Sequence record: MG592456.1
DNA length: 64,000 nt
Reading direction: 5' to 3' (one strand)
Of the stretch, positions 32,636 through 42,984 are shown piece by piece. Position numbers and translations under genes: made by a program. The notes under the pieces are model-generated. The model ran no database searches and was not told the DNA's origin. It saw nothing but the letters and a program-made list of their open reading frames with translations. Numbering within the stretch: the first letter of the stretch is position 1; every line of letters begins with the position of its first letter.

Positions 32636-34605
32636 TAGTTGTAATTCCTTCTAAAACCAGTGTTCTTAGCATCGCTATTGACTGTGACTGGGGTGTTGAA
32701 GCTAGTATGATTTTGCACCGAACTAACTGAATTTTGAATTGCAGTTTGAGCTTGTGTAACGCCACGTTTGCTAGCCTCTAACAAGTCATTCGCTTTAGCT
32801 TCTGCTGTAATTATTGCAGCTTGTCCCTTAGCCTTGAGTGCTTCTAACTGTTCAGCTCTTGCTTTCTCTTTTGCCGCTTGCAGTGCAATCGCATTCATTT
32901 CTTTCTTTTCAGCCACACCGTTAATAAGTTCTTTGTCGAGATCTTCCAATCCAGTTGCAAGAGAACCTACCGCATCTTTAAGACCATTTCCCATAGCCAC
33001 ATATGCACCTACATATGCTTTAGCGCCTTTGACGATCCCATCAGTAACAGCGTCACCTGCATTTTTAACGTAATTGGTGTCAAAACGTTCATCGATTCTA
33101 CCTTGTGTGGATGCTTTTCTTGCATCTAGCGTTGCGCGTTCATCGTCAATGTTCGAATTATCTATGAACTTATTCATCCCATCAGATCTAGCCCAATCTG
33201 GTAGCATTTTCAGTGTGTTGACTGCAAATTCTTTAATTCCTAGCATCATTTCGTCAATAGCAATCATCAACAATTCAAATGCATCTGGTATTGAAGCAAA
33301 TCCCGCAATAACGTTGTTAACTGCATTCACATACATGTTGAACGCGGTTGTGATCATCCGTTTCATTGTATTGAATCTCGACATCAAGCCATCGAACAGT
33401 CCGACGGGCATAGAGTCTTTGATGTCATCACCCACCATCCCAAACCATGATCCGATTGTATCAATCATGCCTGTGAACGCTGCACCGATCTTGTCCATCA
33501 GCAACGCCCGTTTTTCGGGATCACTGAAAATGCTCGTTAACGACGCCCAGATGCGATCAAGTTCCTCTTCGAATAATTTGTATATGCCGTAACCCGCAAT
33601 CATAGCCGCTAACCCGACGGGCGACATCATCAAGGTTACCATGCGACCTAATCCTAAGAATAAGCGCTTGACGACAAACAACATCCACCCTTTGACGGTC
33701 CCACCTAGATCTTGTGCTAGTTTCTGAATTACACCACCACCAGTTTGCCCAAATTTACCGAATCCTAATAATATATTTGATACAACCTTGCCCAATTTGC
33801 CGAATTTGCCCCCAGCAGCAGTAGCACTCATCATTGTGGTTGCAAATGTTGCTAGTTTTCCGCCTGCAAACGCAATACCTACCCCTAAATATTGAAACAG
33901 TTTTGCTATCCACCCGAGTTGTTTACCCGCAAGATGATCTGCAACACGTTTAATATCCGACGCAATATTACGTTGAACTTTCATGTTCTCTTTGTTATAC
34001 TTCTGAAGTGTCTTGCGATTACGATTTTCCGTAAGGAGTTGATACGCGAAGATCTTCTTGTACAAGTTGCTGATATAGCCCACAGTCAACGGAGAGTTCT
34101 GTCCCGCGCCATTCTTCAAGAAATCGTTTAAGTCGTCGGATGCGTTCGCTTGGAGCCCGATAGTACGCTTTAAGTCGTTCACTCTGAAGATAAGTCGTTC
34201 AGCCCAGCGTGTAAATCCCTCCTGAGCACGTGCGAACTGCATTTTTGCAGTTAAGTGCATTCCCTCGACCCCGTTTTGGATTCGAGCTAGATGCCCCTTG
34301 AAATCAAGGGATGTTCTCATGATATCCGCGAGTGAAACTATAGCCGCGCGAATTTTATTTGATGACGATTCGAAGTTACCCATCACACGTTGAAATAACG
34401 TTTTTTGTTTTTCAACGGCTTCTGTGTTAACTTTAAAGACAGCATTGAAAGTGTCAAGCAGAGTCGCAGTCGTAATATCGATGTTTCCGATGTTACGAGC
34501 AATACGCTGCATGGTATACACTTCAGGACGGTCTTCTTGTTGCAGAATCATCATATCCAATCGTCCGATTATCTCGTTGATCTTCTTTGTGTTATCTGCT
34601 GACAT
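32635..34605 (-). CDS. tape-measure / baseplate hub protein (gp29-like)
   Basis: long helical protein with a Gly/Ala-rich hydrophobic centre, next to hub assembly genes. Confidence 0.6.
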   Translation of the reverse strand: MSADNTKKINEIIGRLDMMILQQEDRPEVYTMQRIARNIGNIDITTATLLDTFNAVFKVNTEAVEKQKTLFQRVMGNFESSSNKIRAAIVSLADIMRTSLDFKGHLARIQNGVEGMHLTAKMQFARAQEGFTRWAERLIFRVNDLKRTIGLQANASDDLNDFLKNGAGQNSPLTVGYISNLYKKIFAYQLLTENRNRKTLQKYNKENMKVQRNIASDIKRVADHLAGKQLGWIAKLFQYLGVGIAFAGGKLATFATTMMSATAAGGKFGKLGKVVSNILLGFGKFGQTGGGVIQKLAQDLGGTVKGWMLFVVKRLFLGLGRMVTLMMSPVGLAAMIAGYGIYKLFEEELDRIWASLTSIFSDPEKRALLMDKIGAAFTGMIDTIGSWFGMVGDDIKDSMPVGLFDGLMSRFNTMKRMITTAFNMYVNAVNNVIAGFASIPDAFELLMIAIDEMMLGIKEFAVNTLKMLPDWARSDGMNKFIDNSNIDDERATLDARKASTQGRIDERFDTNYVKNAGDAVTDGIVKGAKAYVGAYVAMGNGLKDAVGSLATGLEDLDKELINGVAEKKEMNAIALQAAKEKARAEQLEALKAKGQAAIITAEAKANDLLEASKRGVTQAQTAIQNSVSSVQNHTSFNTPVTVNSDAKNTGFRRNYN

Positions 34606-34772
34606 TATTTGGATTCCTCATTCTTTTGTTTAATGTGGTGTATTAGTTGCGCAGCGTAAATCTCCCGCTCGAATAGAACCATCGTTTCGAGGTCGTACAA
34701 AGTGAAAGAGCCATGAGTGATCATGGCGAAATTCTCCTTGTAATACTCTTCTAGTGAGTATCTACCGAGCAT
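34605..34772 (-). CDS. baseplate hub assembly catalyst (gp51-like)
   Basis: YYKENFAM..H...L..LETM...EREIY motif; TAATG-coupled to gp26. Confidence 0.7.
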   Translation of the reverse strand: MLGRYSLEEYYKENFAMITHGSFTLYDLETMVLFEREIYAAQLIHHIKQKNEESK

Positions 34773-35620
34773 TAAACGAAAAAATCTTCGATTCCTCTCA
34801 ATACGACCTTTTCTGTGTTGCCACACTTTGGACATTTAACGTCAATTACCGACGTCACTCGCGGAACGCTGTCCACGAATGTTTGAACTTTCTTGAATGC
34901 TGCCGTATCAAGTTCACCCATTATGTCAACTAATTGATTCTGAGCCTCAAGCTCTTCTTTGGTATATGTTGCATCACCAACGTGAACGCTTTTGATTGAC
35001 TCGACTGCAATATCAAATAACCCCTGTGGAGTATTTGGATCGTTGTTCTCATACACGCGAATGCCGGGATGTTGAAGATCAATAACAACGTGTGCATTTA
35101 CCTGAACGGATGTTTCACCACTAAATGATGGAACAAAAGCGCTACGTAAATCAATATTTGCTACGATTTTGGTTCCACATAATTCAGAGCTTGGGGCAAA
35201 TACTGCTTCAATTGCTTCGTGGTCTGACTGTGCGACAATTTCTGCAAACAAATCGTCGGCTGTTTTTTCAGGTAGTTCAGCTTCAGCAGCACGCATTTCT
35301 TCAAGTTCTTCTGCTGGACGTTCAGCGCAGCAATTGTATTCAGCTTGTATGCTGTTAACACCATTGCTGTTCATGTACATGTGTACAAATAGATATTCAG
35401 CATCACCGACCGTAAGGTCTTCAATGTTAATGTCTGACACGATGCAGTTTTTAAGGCACTGTTCAATTGCATCAACCTTTTCTTCAGATTCATTTGCAAT
35501 CAATAGTGCCTTGTGCTCTTTTGCTAACATTGCTCGAAGTTTAACTTCAGCCCCAGATGATGGTAGTTTTACAGAATATTGTGGCGCAGCTAGTACGCTT
35601 ATATCAAATGCTTTTGTCAT
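34772..35620 (-). CDS. 26: baseplate hub assembly protein gp26
   Basis: P.YSVKLPSSGAEV..RAML.KE.K.LL, C..CPKC, LRGIEDFF. Confidence 0.85.
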   Translation of the reverse strand: MTKAFDISVLAAPQYSVKLPSSGAEVKLRAMLAKEHKALLIANESEEKVDAIEQCLKNCIVSDINIEDLTVGDAEYLFVHMYMNSNGVNSIQAEYNCCAERPAEELEEMRAAEAELPEKTADDLFAEIVAQSDHEAIEAVFAPSSELCGTKIVANIDLRSAFVPSFSGETSVQVNAHVVIDLQHPGIRVYENNDPNTPQGLFDIAVESIKSVHVGDATYTKEELEAQNQLVDIMGELDTAAFKKVQTFVDSVPRVTSVIDVKCPKCGNTEKVVLRGIEDFFV

Positions 35621-35632
35621 AATATTTTTACC

Positions 35633-36370
35633 TTAAATTAACCCACTAAGGGCTTCCGATCCAGTGTTGAAAAATGAGTTGTATGTCTTTTCGAACTCAC
35701 CCGTGATTCCTAGCGCGTCTGATAGTTCACTTGATAAATCTTCCGACATGTATGTTGCGCTTTCGTATACAAATTCGACTTCGAATTCTGCGATTGCGTT
35801 GTTGTTTTCATAGCCCAGTTGAACACCACCCACTCTTGTAGGGAATGCGTTTCTTAAACTAGTCATTGTTACCATGTTAGCATCGCGATTGTAAGTGTAG
35901 ATTTCAATCGTTCTAACGTAGTTTGCGAAGAACCCGACTTGCGCTGAGTCGTTCTTGTAAATTTGTTTGAACCACCCGAGCATCATCTTCCTCTCTGGGT
36001 GTGTGCTTGACAAGTACATAGTCATCGTCACAGGTTCATCCGTTTTTGTTTTGACGACGTGATGTGGCTTTCTGCGCGTCTTGTCGACGTCAGTTTCATA
36101 TGATGAACCCGGGATGTTGACAGACTTAACCATCATTCCCATATTTCGTTCATATTCAAATCCAGCGCCGAATAAATCGGCGGTTGCCACTAGCGCATCA
36201 GTCACCCCGATGCCCTTTACCGTATCAGTTGCCGTGTCAAATACCGTTAGACCCGTATTCAAAACCTGCTTCGCTGTGTCTTGCAGCGATGCGAATCGCA
36301 CCGCGTACAAGTTTTGACGAGCAAGATCATCACCGTTCATTTTTGACAGGAATTTTCCTACATCCATCAT
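35633..36370 (-). CDS. 54: baseplate tail-tube initiator gp54
   Basis: LARQNLYAV, VKSVNIPG, NAFPTRVGGVQLGYENNNAIAEFEVEF. Confidence 0.85.
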   Translation of the reverse strand: MMDVGKFLSKMNGDDLARQNLYAVRFASLQDTAKQVLNTGLTVFDTATDTVKGIGVTDALVATADLFGAGFEYERNMGMMVKSVNIPGSSYETDVDKTRRKPHHVVKTKTDEPVTMTMYLSSTHPERKMMLGWFKQIYKNDSAQVGFFANYVRTIEIYTYNRDANMVTMTSLRNAFPTRVGGVQLGYENNNAIAEFEVEFVYESATYMSEDLSSELSDALGITGEFEKTYNSFFNTGSEALSGLI

Positions 36371-36372
36371 TG

Positions 36373-36975
36373 CTATTTGCCTCTTCTATATCGATCATCG
36401 TAAGCACGAACAGCAGAAATATTACGACCATTTTTAGCAACAAATTGCTGAATTGGCATATAGATCACATTGAACCAGTCCATCGGCTTCACTTCTTCAA
36501 GTGACCCTTTGACTCGTCCTAAAATGTATAATTTCACCATGTGTTTACTAAATTTTACGTTCTTGACTCTACCCCAGTCGACTATCAATCTAGTGTTATT
36601 ACTAACGACTTTCGTATTCGAGTATCGGATTACCTTGGTTAAGAATTTTTCACGTTCTTTCGGTGGGATATAGTGCAAGTTCAATCCGAGCATATATCCC
36701 TTCGAAACACCTAGACAGAGTACGCAAGGGAATTTATCCCAATATGGCAGTTCTGCCTTTGTCTTAGCATCATACGCAAACACATACATGTTGCCTTTGT
36801 GAGGCATTTGCACTTTTTTGCTTCGAATTGCGTCGTGAACACGCTTCTTGAACCACGAGATTGATTTTCGTTGATTCTTCGCTACTGGTGTCCTACCAAG
36901 TTCATGCATCTGAGCTTGAAAGCTACTCAGAAGACTTGGTTTCTTCTTTTTCGCACCATCAACTGGTCTAGCCAT
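36373..36975 (-). CDS. 2: DNA end protector gp2
   Basis: FAYDAKTK..LPYWDKFP, GLNLHYIPP..R. Confidence 0.93.
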   Translation of the reverse strand: MARPVDGAKKKKPSLLSSFQAQMHELGRTPVAKNQRKSISWFKKRVHDAIRSKKVQMPHKGNMYVFAYDAKTKAELPYWDKFPCVLCLGVSKGYMLGLNLHYIPPKEREKFLTKVIRYSNTKVVSNNTRLIVDWGRVKNVKFSKHMVKLYILGRVKGSLEEVKPMDWFNVIYMPIQQFVAKNGRNISAVRAYDDRYRRGK

Positions 36976-37447
36976 TCTCCACCTCTTTGCGTTTGCAATT
37001 GTCGAAGTGATATCGTTTCATTGCACTACCCCTTCCTGTTTTATTACAGTGTGGGCAGGTAGATTCAACTCTCATTCGCTCTTTGGTTTCATCAGACAGC
37101 TTTCTTGCTGACAATGATTCTGATATTCGTTTCTTAGTTTCTTCTGATTTTGGTTTGCCGTAACAGTTATGATTTACGCCGCTATTCTTTTTATTCTTTT
37201 CAGAAATAATAGCTTTAGTTTCATCACTATGGCGATTTCCGTAATTAGAAGCACTCTCGCCTGTTCTTTTTGATGCAGCGATTGACATTTTCTCTTTAGC
37301 TTCTTTGCTATGAGATTTTCCCTTAAACGGGCTGGTAGCATGTGTTTTACACAATTTTGCCTCGTCTATAGTGCGTTTAATGTCGTCGATGAAATCATGA
37401 CAAATCAAGCTTTCATCGACCCACGATTGATCTGAGAAGTCTATCAT
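36968..37447 (-). CDS. NUMOD3-repeat DNA-binding protein without a recognisable nuclease domain
   Basis: repeated HS.E.K..IS motifs and CPHC..G...MKRYHFDNC end; ATGA-coupled to the gp4 stop. Confidence 0.7.
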   Translation of the reverse strand: MIDFSDQSWVDESLICHDFIDDIKRTIDEAKLCKTHATSPFKGKSHSKEAKEKMSIAASKRTGESASNYGNRHSDETKAIISEKNKKNSGVNHNCYGKPKSEETKKRISESLSARKLSDETKERMRVESTCPHCNKTGRGSAMKRYHFDNCKRKEVENG

Positions 37448-37899
37448 GTTCTTAACCCTATCAATTTTCTTAACGATATTTCGGTTAGCACGCGAAATTG
37501 CCATCCTTTTTGGTTGGCATACTTGATTGCTGCTGCCCACTTATCTTGATTCACTTGGTAAGTATATATCTCGTTCACTAAACGCTTTCTAGCCTTTTCC
37601 GTCAGACGTTGCGGCTTTTCTGGCGGCTGCGTCTCTTTATGCGGCTTGATCTCAAAAATAAATTCTCTGCCATCAATGAACTTCAAGTAAAAATCCATGA
37701 AGTATCTTCGTTTCTTACCGCCATCAGCCGAGCTAACATACGGTATTACTATTTCTTCACTGTTCCATCGAACGACGTTTGGGTTTGCGTCTGCCCATCG
37801 CATGAATGAGAGTTCCCAGCTACTGCGATACTCAATCTTTTGATAGTTCCCTTTGTATTTCGATTTGTTCGTTGGAACATACTTTCCAGAATATGCCAT
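37444..37899 (-). CDS. 4: head completion nuclease gp4
   Basis: YSGKYVP.N..KY.G, YRSSWE..F, YFMDFY, EIKP..T.PP. Confidence 0.95.
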   Translation of the reverse strand: MAYSGKYVPTNKSKYKGNYQKIEYRSSWELSFMRWADANPNVVRWNSEEIVIPYVSSADGGKKRRYFMDFYLKFIDGREFIFEIKPHKETQPPEKPQRLTEKARKRLVNEIYTYQVNQDKWAAAIKYANQKGWQFRVLTEISLRKLIGLRT

Positions 37900-37964
37900 A
37901 CACGTCTCCTTTCTTATATTTAGTAACCTTTCTAAATACAGTATATATTTTAGAGGAAAATGAA

Positions 37965-39104
37965 ATGGCAGATATCAGTATCGGTGGAGATCAAGGTGAT
38001 TCAATTGTCACTCAGACATCAAGCCAAACTAACAATAGTGGCGGTGCTAATTCGTCCGACTCGAATACCGTTGAAACTACGGGTGACAAAACGGGATACA
38101 GTAGTGAACTCGTATTTGTCAAACACGCTACGTTTCCACCCAACATCGGGGCGGAAACTGGACACCCGAATTTCTTTATGTTTCGAGCATATGATTTAAC
38201 AAGCACTACAAAGAAATTTTACACGGATATGCGAAGTTCGTTCACGTCAACTAATAATAGCTCAGGTGATACGACTACGGAAATCCCTAGTTCGTTGATG
38301 ACAACAATCGCACTTTATGCTCCTAACGTGGTAGAAGAAGTATCACATGAATATGACAAAACTACGTCAACAGTTCTGGGTGATTTTTTATCCGACGCAG
38401 CGGGAATTGTAGGTTCTAGTTCGATTCAAGATGGCGTAGATAAGGCTGGGAAAGCAGCGACAACTGGTGCTGGCGCGTTGACTGCGCAAGTTCAGCGTTC
38501 GTTGATTCAATCCAACGCAGCAGCACAGTTGAGAAAGAGCAGCACAGTCGTGACGGATAACGTTACTGTAACAGCGTATAAAGGGACGGCATGCCGTCAA
38601 CAGACGTTAATGTATCAGTTCCATCCAAAGTCGCTTGACGAGCTTAAAACAGTTGCTAGCATAATAAAAACATTCTACGGTCTGTCACTTGCAGTTAAGG
38701 GTCAAATTGGGGGAGTGTTAGGTGACGTGGGGTCGGAGAATTCATCATCATTCAAAAATGGGTTTTCGAAATATGCAACGTTGTTGAAAACCCCACCGGT
38801 GTGGATGATTGAAGAAATTTCAGATTCGGCATTAACGAGACACACGCCTAGATTCATTTTTGGGCCAGCTGGTATTACTTCGGTTAAGTTGAATCGAACG
38901 CCAGATCAGTATTGGAGAACATTCCGAGACACCGCGGGTGATCCCGCAGGGATTGAACTCGAATTGACATTTACTGAACTTATTCCACTCGATCGTGCAA
39001 TGTATCAATCTGATATGTTAAGCAGTGTAGGTGGTTACGTCAACAATTCCGGGGCGGCTCAATCAACTGATTCAGGCAGCATTTTTTCAGATATATTTTC
39101 ATAA
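37965..39104 (+). CDS. 48: baseplate tail-tube cap gp48
   Basis: F.FRAY, FHPKS..E...I..F, FGPA.ITSV, P..IELELTFTE; GAGG RBS. Confidence 0.85.
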   Translation: MADISIGGDQGDSIVTQTSSQTNNSGGANSSDSNTVETTGDKTGYSSELVFVKHATFPPNIGAETGHPNFFMFRAYDLTSTTKKFYTDMRSSFTSTNNSSGDTTTEIPSSLMTTIALYAPNVVEEVSHEYDKTTSTVLGDFLSDAAGIVGSSSIQDGVDKAGKAATTGAGALTAQVQRSLIQSNAAAQLRKSSTVVTDNVTVTAYKGTACRQQTLMYQFHPKSLDELKTVASIIKTFYGLSLAVKGQIGGVLGDVGSENSSSFKNGFSKYATLLKTPPVWMIEEISDSALTRHTPRFIFGPAGITSVKLNRTPDQYWRTFRDTAGDPAGIELELTFTELIPLDRAMYQSDMLSSVGGYVNNSGAAQSTDSGSIFSDIFS

Positions 39105-39114
39105 GGGAACATTC

Positions 39115-39693
39115 ATGATTTTTTCTATATTTGAGGCTACTGAATATCAAAATGTGGCAACCGCTGATATATTCAAAAATTTGAATTATTATCACAAACA
39201 AATCATCGGTGATTATACGACTATTCAGTACACAATTAAGGGCGATCTTCGCCCTGAGCAAGTCGCATATGAGATATACGGCGACTCATCACTATATTGG
39301 GTTATATTACTGCTGAACACTCGTGTTGACCCATTTTACGACTGGATTCTACCCAACGAAGCCGTATCGGGAAATGCGATTTATCGATATCAGTGGATCG
39401 GGACGAATGAACAAGTACATCATCACGTTGATGCTGAGGGTAAGTGGTGGTACAACATGATCGAAGACCCTGAAAATCCACGCACGTGGTACAACGAATT
39501 TGATTTTGTTGAGAATGCACCTGAAGAGGGACAAGAAGACTATCGCGAGATTTTATATAGTGGTGTCATGATTCCCGTTTCAGTTGATGAATATGAATTT
39601 AATAAAAATGAACGTGCTCGTACGATCTTGGTTTTAGACACTGACGATCTGAGTACATATATCAGTTCATTTATGTCACTAGCAGGGGTATAA
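39115..39693 (+). CDS. 53: baseplate wedge gp53 (LysM)
   Basis: RPEQVAYEIYGDSSLYWVILLLN...PFYDW. Confidence 0.9.
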   Translation: MIFSIFEATEYQNVATADIFKNLNYYHKQIIGDYTTIQYTIKGDLRPEQVAYEIYGDSSLYWVILLLNTRVDPFYDWILPNEAVSGNAIYRYQWIGTNEQVHHHVDAEGKWWYNMIEDPENPRTWYNEFDFVENAPEEGQEDYREILYSGVMIPVSVDEYEFNKNERARTILVLDTDDLSTYISSFMSLAGV

Positions 39694-39694
39694 C

Positions 39695-40966
39695 ATGTTT
39701 GAAATGCGCTCCGCCAATCCATCAGAGAACTTTTTGGTTAGTAATATTATCATTCGTGGTATTAATTATGCATCTACAATCGAAAATCAAATAACTCACA
39801 TGGAAATTTATGAAAGTCTTGAAGGATTGACGTCCGGTGTTGTTATGTTTACCGATAGCTCGGGCGTAGCTGATACACTAAGACTCACCGGATTCGAGGC
39901 AATTGACGTTGAATTTGCGTCACTTGTAGGGGCTGATGTGAATAAAGTCTATAAAAAGTCGTTTCGTTGTACTGGGATTTCTCGACATCCATCACGCACG
40001 GGCAATAGTGAAACGATATTACTTCGTTTCACCAACAACCTGCTAACGTTAAACGATTATACTAAGCGCCCATATGTGTTCAAAAAAACGAGCGTTTCCA
40101 ATATCATCAAATATATTTTAGATGATCTCGGTGATGAAGCACCTACGTATGAACTTGAGGCTACTTTATATCAACGCGATTTTGTTACTCACATCACCAA
40201 GCCGCTGGACGCCATTCGCAGCCTAATCGATTATGCAGCTACGGATGAAAGCAACAGTTGTAAATTCATGTTTTATGAAGACCGAGACGGAATTAAACTA
40301 TCCTCAGTTGGGGCGATTCGAAGTAAGGAATATGACTTCACTATTCGCAAAGGTGCCGATACAGGTGACGGGAAATGGACATCAGGTGAAGGGCAAGCCA
40401 TCACAGCGCGTCGCGTAGTTGGGAAAGAGTTATCCAATATGCATGAGATTTCTGCTGGGTTGTTTGGATCTCGTACGTATTCACATAGTCTAATTCGCAA
40501 GAAGTTGATAACTAAAGATGTTCGTCGTGGCGATTACATTGATCAGGTTGGTGTATTAAATGACATTGCTCATATGTACACATCCGAAGACGTATTTCCG
40601 AGTGAGGTATTAGAGGTTAATCAGCCATTAAACAGTATCCAACTAGTGTCTAACGATGGGTTTTACGAACATGATAACAAGCACCCGCTTGGGTCAATTC
40701 ATGGCGTATCATTGATGGAAGAAACGTACTTAGACGCAAAACAAATACTAGTCGAGATTCCCGGGAACACAAATATCACCGTAGGTGACGTCGTGTTCAT
40801 GGACTATCACTCAATTCGAGGTGAATCTATCGCCAGCCAAGACATTTCCGGCAGATGGATCGTTCGTGAATTAAAACATAGAGTTGAGCAGAGTCAATTC
40901 ATCACTACACTTGAGCTTACTAGCGACTCGTCGGTGAATATCGCGGTTGCGGGAGGGAAGTCATAA
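39695..40966 (+). CDS. 27: baseplate hub gp27
   Basis: IYESL, FMFYED.DG, IPGNTNITVGD, GRWIV..LKH; directly before gp5. Confidence 0.75.
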   Translation: MFEMRSANPSENFLVSNIIIRGINYASTIENQITHMEIYESLEGLTSGVVMFTDSSGVADTLRLTGFEAIDVEFASLVGADVNKVYKKSFRCTGISRHPSRTGNSETILLRFTNNLLTLNDYTKRPYVFKKTSVSNIIKYILDDLGDEAPTYELEATLYQRDFVTHITKPLDAIRSLIDYAATDESNSCKFMFYEDRDGIKLSSVGAIRSKEYDFTIRKGADTGDGKWTSGEGQAITARRVVGKELSNMHEISAGLFGSRTYSHSLIRKKLITKDVRRGDYIDQVGVLNDIAHMYTSEDVFPSEVLEVNQPLNSIQLVSNDGFYEHDNKHPLGSIHGVSLMEETYLDAKQILVEIPGNTNITVGDVVFMDYHSIRGESIASQDISGRWIVRELKHRVEQSQFITTLELTSDSSVNIAVAGGKS

Positions 40967-42207
40967 TGTTTATGGGATTAGATGGGTTTGAATGGTGGCA
41001 GGGTGTGGTTGAAGACCGCACGTCTGATCCACTCAAACTAGGTAGAATGAAAGTGCGAATGATCGGCTTGCACCCCGATAAGAAAAGTTCCGACTCGGGG
41101 ATTCGTACTGAGGAATTGTTGTGGGTTTTCCCGATGCAATCTCTTCAAAATGCAGCGATGAATGGTATTGGGTCAGCTCCGATTGGAGTTGTAGAGGGAA
41201 CATGGGTTTTTGGGTTTTTTCGTGACACATTACGTCAAGATCCAGTTGCAATCGGAGTACTACCCGGAATCCCTGAAGATCTCCCGAATGGTAGCGTTGG
41301 GTTCAACGACCCGAATGAGAAATACCCGCTTGCTGATAAATTAAACGAACCTGATACGAATCGTCTTGCGCGCAACGACGTCGATGCTGATGATTATGAT
41401 GAATCTACATCTAAGTCGGATTTCGATAGTGGCGCAACTGATTATATCTTTCGCCCACATGACATCATCACAGCGAAACGCGCTGCTGAAGAAAAGTCTA
41501 TTCCGACCGCGGGATATGATGCAGATGGGCCCACGTATGATGAATTAGAGACGCCGTATGCGGCTCAGTACCCATTTAATCATGTTCATGAGTCCGAATC
41601 AGGGCATATACATGAAGTTGATGACACAGAGGGTGCAGAGCGTCTCCATACGTATCACAGAATGGGAACATTTGAAGAAATTCACCCGGATGGTAGCAAA
41701 GTAACGAAAATTGTAGGTGATGATTTTGAAATAGTTGTCAACGATAAGAATGTACTCGTCAAGGGTAATCTAAACGTGACCGTCGTCGGGGATTCGACGT
41801 TTTATTGTCAAGGAAATACAACTCAACAAATCGACGGGGATCTTAAACAGCACGTTAAGGGTAATACCGAACTACATGTTGAGCAGAACGTCACACAGAC
41901 GATTGATGGTGATGTGACACAAACAGTGCATAAGAATGTGACACAAACAGTCGATCAGAACGTCACACAGACAGTAGACGGTAATGTTGAACAGACAGTG
42001 GGCGGAAATATCCAAAGCACTGTTAACGGTGATTACACGCAACATGTAGCGGGAAATTTCACTCTAACAGTGGGCGGTTCAATGTCAGAAAGCGTTAGCT
42101 CTTCGTTTTCAAGATCAGCAGCTAGTATCAGTGATGATGGTGGTGGTGCTACCTTGTTGTTAGCAGGCGCAGCAGCACTAGACGGCTCAACAGTAAGTTT
42201 GGGGTAA
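40966..42207 (+). CDS. 5: baseplate central spike gp5 (OB fold plus beta-helix, no lysozyme domain)
   Basis: WWQGVVEDR.DPLKLGR..VR, YPFNHV.ESESGH..E.DDT.G.ER, 8-residue V.QTVD/G repeats. Confidence 0.95.
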   Translation: MFMGLDGFEWWQGVVEDRTSDPLKLGRMKVRMIGLHPDKKSSDSGIRTEELLWVFPMQSLQNAAMNGIGSAPIGVVEGTWVFGFFRDTLRQDPVAIGVLPGIPEDLPNGSVGFNDPNEKYPLADKLNEPDTNRLARNDVDADDYDESTSKSDFDSGATDYIFRPHDIITAKRAAEEKSIPTAGYDADGPTYDELETPYAAQYPFNHVHESESGHIHEVDDTEGAERLHTYHRMGTFEEIHPDGSKVTKIVGDDFEIVVNDKNVLVKGNLNVTVVGDSTFYCQGNTTQQIDGDLKQHVKGNTELHVEQNVTQTIDGDVTQTVHKNVTQTVDQNVTQTVDGNVEQTVGGNIQSTVNGDYTQHVAGNFTLTVGGSMSESVSSSFSRSAASISDDGGGATLLLAGAAALDGSTVSLG

Positions 42208-42208
42208 T

Positions 42209-42688
42209 ATGGCAACTATTCTACCAGAAACGCTAGATGAAACGTCCGAGATTGTGAATGTCAATGTGACATTCACAGCTCAACTCGACATTGACGAAAC
42301 ACTAGTGGACATTAATATCACAGCTCACAGAGCTAATTCAGGTATCACGGTATCGGGTTCTAGTTTTAGCGGTGCGTACATTGATTCGTTTGATTTAGGT
42401 ACAGGTGCATTGAAATACAGAGACACACGCGATGATTCATATCACGTCGTTGATTCGTTTGACCAGCTACCTTCAAATCCACAACATGGTCATGTTTATG
42501 AATTTAATGCACCTAGTCCATTAACGACTGACTATGACTACACAGTAACATTGAATTATATTTTTACTGATCCAGTGACAATGTTACCAACGCCTATGCA
42601 ATTAGTCCGAACTATCGATCATACAGTAGTTGGGAATTATAGTGCTTGGGGTCAACAATTAAGAGATTACATAGCAGGGGGTGAATAA
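42209..42688 (+). CDS. gp5.1-like protein
   Basis: position between gp5 and PAAR; ILP..L pattern. Confidence 0.6.
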   Translation: MATILPETLDETSEIVNVNVTFTAQLDIDETLVDINITAHRANSGITVSGSSFSGAYIDSFDLGTGALKYRDTRDDSYHVVDSFDQLPSNPQHGHVYEFNAPSPLTTDYDYTVTLNYIFTDPVTMLPTPMQLVRTIDHTVVGNYSAWGQQLRDYIAGGE

Positions 42689-42984
42689 TGCCAGCATTAG
42701 CAAGAGCAGGGGATTCGACCACAGGACATGAAACGTACCCACCAACGACAGTGGTTGGCGGTAGTAGTAAAGTAACGGCAGAGGGTGTTGGGGTTTTATC
42801 GAAAGACAATTTAATTCACGTCACGCACTGTAATACGGTTGATCCGTATGATTGTCACGCAGGTAGCGCAGCAACATACAGTGATAAAGTCTTTATAGAG
42901 GGAAGTCCCGCGATTCGCATCGGTGACACTATAACGTGCGGCGATACAGTCGCGGGTGGTGCAGGGAAAGTAATCAGCGCTTAA
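42688..42984 (+). CDS. 5.4: PAAR spike-tip protein gp5.4
   Basis: PALARAGD.TTGH, H..H, EG.PA.RIGD...CG. Confidence 0.93.
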   Translation: MPALARAGDSTTGHETYPPTTVVGGSSKVTAEGVGVLSKDNLIHVTHCNTVDPYDCHAGSAATYSDKVFIEGSPAIRIGDTITCGDTVAGGAGKVISA

